From contig CAVPJZ010000001.1 of NCBI GenBank assembly GCA_963705555.1, forward strand, positions 449,009-513,008: a stretch of DNA of 64,000 nt, read 5' to 3'. Position numbers and translations under genes: made by a program. The notes under the pieces were generated by a model that saw nothing but the letters and a program-made list of their open reading frames with translations, was not told the origin of the DNA and made no database searches. Below are positions 59,618 to 64,000 of this stretch, in pieces. This stretch comes from an uncultured delta proteobacterium. GTDB lineage: Bacteria > Desulfobacterota > Syntrophia > Syntrophales > Smithellaceae. The first letter of the stretch is position 1; every line of letters starts with the position of its first letter.

Positions 59618-61564
59618 TTATTTTGCGTTGCGGATGTTGAGCGCTCCACCGGCCAGGATTATTTGTCTTTTGTCTTGCGGATAATTCGCAAGTAACATAA
59701 AAAGAAGTGCCCTTGGTTTTGTTTTGCACCAGAAGATTGCCGTCCTGCGGCAATTATTTTTCTGGCGTCGGCAATTTCCAGTTCATCTCCCTGATCGATT
59801 TTGTCATAGTCGCTCTCGACTGCAGAAAGTTAGCGGCAGTATGCCGAAATTAATCAAATTGGCGGCATGAATTCTTTCGAACGATTTGGCAATTACAGCG
59901 CGTACGCCCAGATACATGGGGCATAAAGCGGCATGTTCACGCGAAGAGCCCTGGCCATAAGATAAACCGGCTACAATGATATTTTGCTTTCCCGCTTCTT
60001 TTATTTCATAAGCGCGTTTGGCAAAAGTCGGCATCAACATTTTCAAAAACAAACTCGGAATATTTGGGAATGTTCGAGCGGTATTTCATCCGCGCACCGG
60101 CGGGAATAATATGGTCGGTTGTAATTTTATCGCCGACTTTTATCGTGACTTGAGCTTGAATAGTTTCCGGAAGCACTGAATTTTCGGGCGGAGCGCCGAT
60201 GTTAGGACCGCGGTAAATTTCTCCGCCGGTATTTTTCTTGTCCGGCCAGATTATCATGGAGTCGTCAATGAAAAACTTTTCCGGCATTTTAACTTTGGGA
60301 TAAGCGCATTTTCAAATCGCGCGGATCGGTAAATTGTCCCGGTGATTACTGCTGCCGCGGCAGTTTCCGGACTTACCAGATAAACATCGGCATCCATGGT
60401 TCCCGAGCGCCCCAGGAAATTACGGTTGGATGTGCGCAGTGATACGGCGCCGGATTGGGGACTCTGGCTGTTGCCGATGCAAAAGCCGCAGGCATTTTCC
60501 ATAATTCGCGCTCCTGAGGCGATCAAGTCGGCAAGATAACCGTTACGGGCGAGATTTTCCAGTACCTGTCTCGAGCCCGGCGCTAAAATAAAACTGACGT
60601 CGGGATGCACCATTTTACCCTTTAATATTTTAGCTACTGTTACCAAATCTTTGTAGGAAGAATTGGTGCAGCTGCCCAGACAAACCTGATCCACGGCAAT
60701 TTTTTTCATGTTCCTGACCGTGCCGATATTATCCGGGCTGTGGGGCTTGGCCGTCAGTGGTTCGATTATGGATAAGTCAATATCAACTACTTTGGCGTAA
60801 GTTGCGTCTTTATCGGCTTTAAGTTCCGTAAAATCTGTTTCTCTTTGTTGTGAGCGCAAGGAATAGTCGCGTCATTTCATCGCTGGGGAAAATAGAAGTC
60901 GTCACACCGCATTCCGCTCCCATATTGGTTATCGTGGCGCGTTCGGGAACGCTAAGAGAAGCGGCGCCTTTTCCGCCATACTCGAATACCGTGCCGACAT
61001 TTCCTTTGGTGGTAAAAATTTCCAGCACTTTAAGAATAACATCCTTGGCGGAAACCCAGGGCTTAAGCTTGCCGGTGAGATTGATTTTAATAACCTTGGG
61101 ACAAATCAGATAAAACGGTTCACCGGCCATAGCCAACGCGACATCAAGGCCTCCCGCGCCGATGGCAATCATGCCTAGAGCGCCGCAGGTAGGAGTGTGG
61201 CTGTCCGAGCCGATAAGCGTTTTTGCCGGGTTTGCCGAATCTTTCTAAATGGACCTGATGGCAAATGCCGTTTCCCGCGCGGGAAAGAACAATGCCGAAT
61301 TTTTGTGCCACACTCTGCAAATAACGATGGTCGTCCGCGTTTTCAAAACCGACTCTGAATCGTGTTATGATCAATGTAGCTTACGGACAACTCGGTTTTC
61401 ACTTTGGGCACGTTCATGGCTTCGAATTGCAGATAGGCCATGGTTCCTGTGGCATCCTGCGTCAGAGTTTGATCGATGCGAATGCCGATTTCTTCTCCGG
61501 GTACAAGATTACCGGAAATCAAATGTTGCGCAAGAATTTTTTCAACTAAATTTTTTCCCATCAA
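59618..61564 (-). pseudogene. aconitate hydratase (about 645-aa Aquifex/Thermotoga-type), >=6 frame breaks
   Basis: N-terminus NLVEKILAQHL..GEEIGIRIDQTLTQDATGTM. Also GSDSHT-like, CLGSCTNSSYKDL, and CGFCIGN in ORF 60254-60859. The swivel domain lies at 59804-60287. The tail [13 protein letters not shown] ends at 59618. Confidence 0.8.
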
Positions 61565-62245
61565 CTATTCCTTGGGCAAGAGAATAATCGCGATACGGCG
61601 GTTTTTAGCCCGGCCTTCGGGAGTAGAATTGTCCGCTATAGGCTGATATTCTCCGAACGCTGTCGCGGAAAGAACTTTGGGATCAATGCCTTCCTGCTGC
61701 AGATATTTGGTGACGTTAATCGCGCGCGCATAGGAGAGATCCCAGTTGGTCGCATATGTCTTGGCCAATCTGCCTATTATCTTTACATTATCCGTGTGTC
61801 CTTCAACACGAATATTTTTGTCTTTTACGTTTTTTAAGATATCCACTACTCTTTTCAGAACCGCGAGTCCTTCTTCTTTCACCACCGCTTCACCGGAATC
61901 AAAAAGAATTTTATCCACAACATCCATGGTAAGTTTGCCCTTGAGTTCGGTGATGGTAATTTGCCCTTTGGCAATTTCACCTTTCATCTCCTGGAGCAAA
62001 TCTTTATAGGTATTGCTTGTTGCTTCGACTTCCTTTGATTTTTTTTCTAATTTGGCGGTGCTTTCCTTAAGGACAGCATTTTCATCTGAGAGAGCTTTAT
62101 TTTTTTCTTGTTGAGCGGCCAGTTCCTTATTCAAATTGTCTGCCTCCGCCGATTTTTTCATATATTTATCTTCCGAAACACCGCAGCCACTGCAAAATAG
62201 GGCTATGATAAAAATGCCGATGAAAACATAGATTTTTCTTTTCAT
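61565..62245 (-). CDS. OmpA/MotB-domain lipoprotein with coiled-coil linker
   Basis: Lipobox LFCSGC. C-terminal IRVEGHTDNVKI...NWDLSYARAINV..GRAKNRRIAIIL. Confidence 0.85.
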   Translation of the reverse strand: MKRKIYVFIGIFIIALFCSGCGVSEDKYMKKSAEADNLNKELAAQQEKNKALSDENAVLKESTAKLEKKSKEVEATSNTYKDLLQEMKGEIAKGQITITELKGKLTMDVVDKILFDSGEAVVKEEGLAVLKRVVDILKNVKDKNIRVEGHTDNVKIIGRLAKTYATNWDLSYARAINVTKYLQQEGIDPKVLSATAFGEYQPIADNSTPEGRAKNRRIAIILLPKE

Positions 62246-62352
62246 AATAATTCCTTCTTATTTTGTCAGGTATTGCCACGCTATATAAACGAAGCCGTAA
62301 ACAAATCAAATAGCTAATAGATATAAATTCATATAATAAACCTGACGGATAA

Positions 62353-63227
62353 TCAACTGGCAAAACCGTCCGGAAGAAAAATAAAAAAAAGGCGGATTGC
62401 TCCAGCCCTTTTATCCTGATAGCGCGCTGAAATCTTTTTTTGAAAATAAGGGGTATCCATACTGTCAATGCGAACAGCTTTTCTTGCAGAGGACGCGCGG
62501 ACAAATTCATTATTGCCGATGTAAATTCCGACATGTCCCAGAGGTCTGCGTGTTCGAAAGAAAACGAGATCGCCTTCCACCAATTCCTCGTGGTCGATGC
62601 TCATGCCGACTTTGGATTGCGTGCGGGCGTTACGAGGTAAATCTATGTCGAAAATTTGATAAATCTTGCGAACGAAAGCGGAACAGTCAATCCCTTTGAG
62701 GCCGGAACCGCCTAATCTATATGGTGCGCCCAGGAAGCCTGTCGCCACTTTAACGAATAATTGTCTCTCCTCGGGACTGCGCCATTTTCTCAATAACTCT
62801 TCATGCTTTTGCTGTTCGTTTTCTGGTTGGGTCAGATCACCTTTTCCCCCGCTGTTTTCGTCATCTTCAACATCTTCGCCATCTTCATCTACAGGTTCAT
62901 TTTCCGAAAGCTTAGTTGATTTTGCCAGAACTAATTTCCGGCCTATGCGTAAACTTTTCGGGTGAATAGTGTTAAGAGCCATTATTTGCTTTACAGGAAC
63001 TCCTATTTTTCGGGCGATTGTAGACAGGCTATCTCCATTTTTGACAGTGTAATAAACAGCGTGTTTAACCTTCGGTTTCGGCCCGACAGTAGAAACTACA
63101 GCGCGCTTTTCGGGAATGATTAGAACCTGGTTTGGTTGAAGTATAGTTTTCGTAAGGTTATTGGCTTCTTTGATTTCATTTACAATGACAAAAACAGGGA
63201 AAACACAAAAAACTGCTACTTTCTCAT
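62353..63227 (-). CDS. LysM + NlpC/P60 (C40) cell-wall peptidase; the 5-prime end needs a 1-nt frame correction
   Basis: LysM: YYTVKNGDSLSTIARKIGVPVKQIMALN. C40 catalytic: GIDCSAFVRKIY..GHVGIYIG. The signal-peptide-like MRK(V)AVFCVFPVFVIV reaches the ATG at 63227 only after a frameshift. Confidence 0.75.
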
Positions 63228-63495
63228 TAAATGCATCCTTTTAGCGTGCGGCTCACCCTTTGTTAAAGGTACACAGATGTCTCCAGTTGACTTATAAGTG
63301 CCGGAATGTAAGGGGTAATTTGCCACAAAGAGAACGAAGATTATTTGCCGACAATGGGCCTCTGACTTTAGGGGCTGTTACATATTAAAAATAAAATTAT
63401 CTGTCAAATTTATTTTGCAATCTGTGATAAAACAGTATAGGAAACGACACCAAAAATTGAGGATCTATTACTATCTCATTAAAATTACGGAAAGA

Positions 63496-64000
63496 ATGAT
63501 TATGAAGCTTTGGAAACAAGTTCTTTTTGTAGCATTATTTTTCTTCGCGACTATTTTCGCCGTTGATGTAGGACGCTATTTTTTTTATCCCAATGTGACT
63601 TACTTGAAAAAACACAATCCCGAGAAAACTGCTTTTATGGAATACAGGGAAAAAACCTGGCAGCAAAAAAAGTTAAAGAAAAAAATTAAGAAAATCTGGG
63701 TGCCAATTTCTGAAGTATCTCCTTATGTGATGAAGGCTGTAATTATCTCAGAAGACAGTAAATTCTGGTCGCATGAAGGATTTGATTTTGAAGCAATGCA
63801 AAAAGCTCTGGAAAAAGATATCAAGGAAAGTAAAATTCAAGCGGGTGGCAGCACTATTTCCCAGCAACTGGCGAAAAATTTATATCTTTCTCCGGATAAG
63901 GACCCTATTAGAAAACTCAAGGAAGCTATACTTACCTGGCGGATAGAAAATCAATTAAGCAAAAGAAGAATTCTCGAACTTTATTTGAACGTCGTCGAAT
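63496..64000 (+). CDS. mtgA: monofunctional biosynthetic peptidoglycan transglycosylase (3-prime end beyond window)
   Basis: TM anchor, EDSKFWSHEGFD, GGSTISQQLAKNLYL, RRILELYLN. The ORF runs off the window end. Confidence 0.88.
   Translation, partial: MIMKLWKQVLFVALFFFATIFAVDVGRYFFYPNVTYLKKHNPEKTAFMEYREKTWQQKKLKKKIKKIWVPISEVSPYVMKAVIISEDSKFWSHEGFDFEAMQKALEKDIKESKIQAGGSTISQQLAKNLYLSPDKDPIRKLKEAILTWRIENQLSKRRILELYLNVVE

Overview
This is a 64-kb chromosomal segment from a low-GC bacterium. Hand counts on sample 60-nt lines give about 37-40% GC. The gene content looks anaerobic: glpKABC, hemerythrin, an FmdE-domain protein, radical SAM enzymes and nitroreductases. No rRNA, tRNA, CRISPR, transposase or integrase is visible.

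Housekeeping blocks:
- HU, trpS, scpAB, rluB, IHF and sodB
- a Fur-family regulator with a Zn/Mn ABC importer
- glpKABC
- rlmN, icd, an aconitase and mtgA

Accessory blocks:
- A defense island at 17.2-26.4 kb: radC read through into a type I hsdR, then hsdM, hsdS, an unknown 501-aa protein with a PD-(D/E)xK-like C-terminus, and a GmrSD-type DUF262/DUF1524 enzyme.
- An AbiEi/AbiEii pair.
- A Fic protein.
- Several GC-rich blocks (about 55-62% GC): a MATE pump, a CoA-metabolism/sulfatase cluster, and an acrAB-oprM-like RND operon.

Four things stand out:
1. An apparently undescribed family of mosaic hairpin-module arrays sits at seven intergenic loci. Flanks and loops are conserved, and the stems covary.
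2. radC fragments and an 11-nt core (TCTCTAACGGG) are repeated upstream of the restriction-modification (R-M) island.
3. Reading-frame breaks are strongly clustered, about 40 in total. They fall mainly at 3.2-6.7, 19.7-23.1 and 58.4-61.6 kb, while neighbouring long genes are intact.
4. The base composition is sharply mosaic.

All family assignments come from motif recognition by eye. No database search was run.
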